DNA of 64,000 nucleotides from Diplonema japonicum (lineage: Eukaryota > Protista > Euglenozoa: Diplonemea). The stretch's first letter is position 1; each line of letters begins with the position of its first letter. Below are positions 63,667 to 64,000 of this stretch, piece by piece. The translations under genes and the position numbers were made by a program. Below the pieces are notes generated by a model, which was not told where the DNA came from, ran no database searches, and saw only the letters and a list, made by a program, of their open reading frames with translations. The stretch lies in NCBI GenBank assembly GCA_964019335.1, contig OZ025750.1:62001-126000 (forward strand). Reading direction: 5' to 3'.

Positions 63667-64000
63667 ATGCACCGCAACCCACCCCTCTGTGTGGCCCACA
63701 TAACAATATTCCTGATAGCACAATATCTGCTAGGCAGCACAGCACAAACTGTGATAGGAAAGTACGCCGCCCAAGAGGCCATTCAGTACGCCCTCCACCC
63801 CGATGGCGACACCGTGTACATAGCTGATGGCTACAACGGAGTCAAAATCGTGGATGTGACCAACATCCCGAACTCTGTAAACCCAGACACAGCAACAAAA
63901 CTGCTCAACACAATATCGGGCATCGACGCGCAGGCCATTGCCTACGACAGCGATGCCTTGTACATTGTAGGCAGCGCTGCTGTTCTGTACAAGTATGACG
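63667..64000 (+). CDS. Surface receptor family copy 7, 5' part (runs off the window; not in the ORF track)
   Basis: Manual translation: MHRNPPLCVAHITIFLIAQYLLGSTAQTVIGKYAAQEAIQYALHPDGDTVYIADGYNGVKIVDVTN...GIDAQAIAYDSDALYIVGSAAVLYKYD. Confidence 0.9.
   Translation, partial: MHRNPPLCVAHITIFLIAQYLLGSTAQTVIGKYAAQEAIQYALHPDGDTVYIADGYNGVKIVDVTNIPNSVNPDTATKLLNTISGIDAQAIAYDSDALYIVGSAAVLYKYD

Noticed and set aside
1-64000. Spliced-leader RNA gene, tRNAs or a full rDNA unit
   Set aside because: None recognised by eye; only the isolated 18S 5' fragment is supported.

Overview
Eukaryotic genomic DNA, probably from a euglenozoan protist. A diplonemid is my best inference, based on an 18S rRNA 5' fragment reading TGCTTGTTTCAAGGA, intronless co-oriented genes, long poly(T)/poly(A) intergenic tracts and TPAP-type mucin stalks. 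All 12 apparently intact genes are on the + strand. (1) Two tandem NLR-like STAND proteins (helical N-terminus, coiled coil, NACHT, pentapeptide repeats, WD40) lie at 1257-7580 and 9119-16564. They share a nucleotide-identical 127-aa leader ending in LLGG, directly followed by cryptic N-myristoylation/palmitoylation motifs (G-S-C-C-S-K and G-N-L-L-S-C). The second paralog also has a catalytically dead OTU deubiquitinase-like domain inserted just before its NACHT domain. Together these suggest a protease- or DUB-gated immune receptor system. (2) A type I membrane protein carries about 9 copies of an unfamiliar Cys-rich repeat. (3) A tandem array of at least 7 surface-receptor genes (signal peptide, LVIVD-like beta-propeller, variable-length TPAP stalk, near-identical multipass TM module, RRxSLP tail) shows mosaic gene conversion and is interleaved with two ankyrin genes. 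(4) Intergenic DNA holds a pogo-like DDE transposase relic, non-LTR retroelement relics that end in T-tracts, several MITE/foldback families and an orphan antisense 18S rRNA fragment. All calls are from motif reading by eye; no searches were run.
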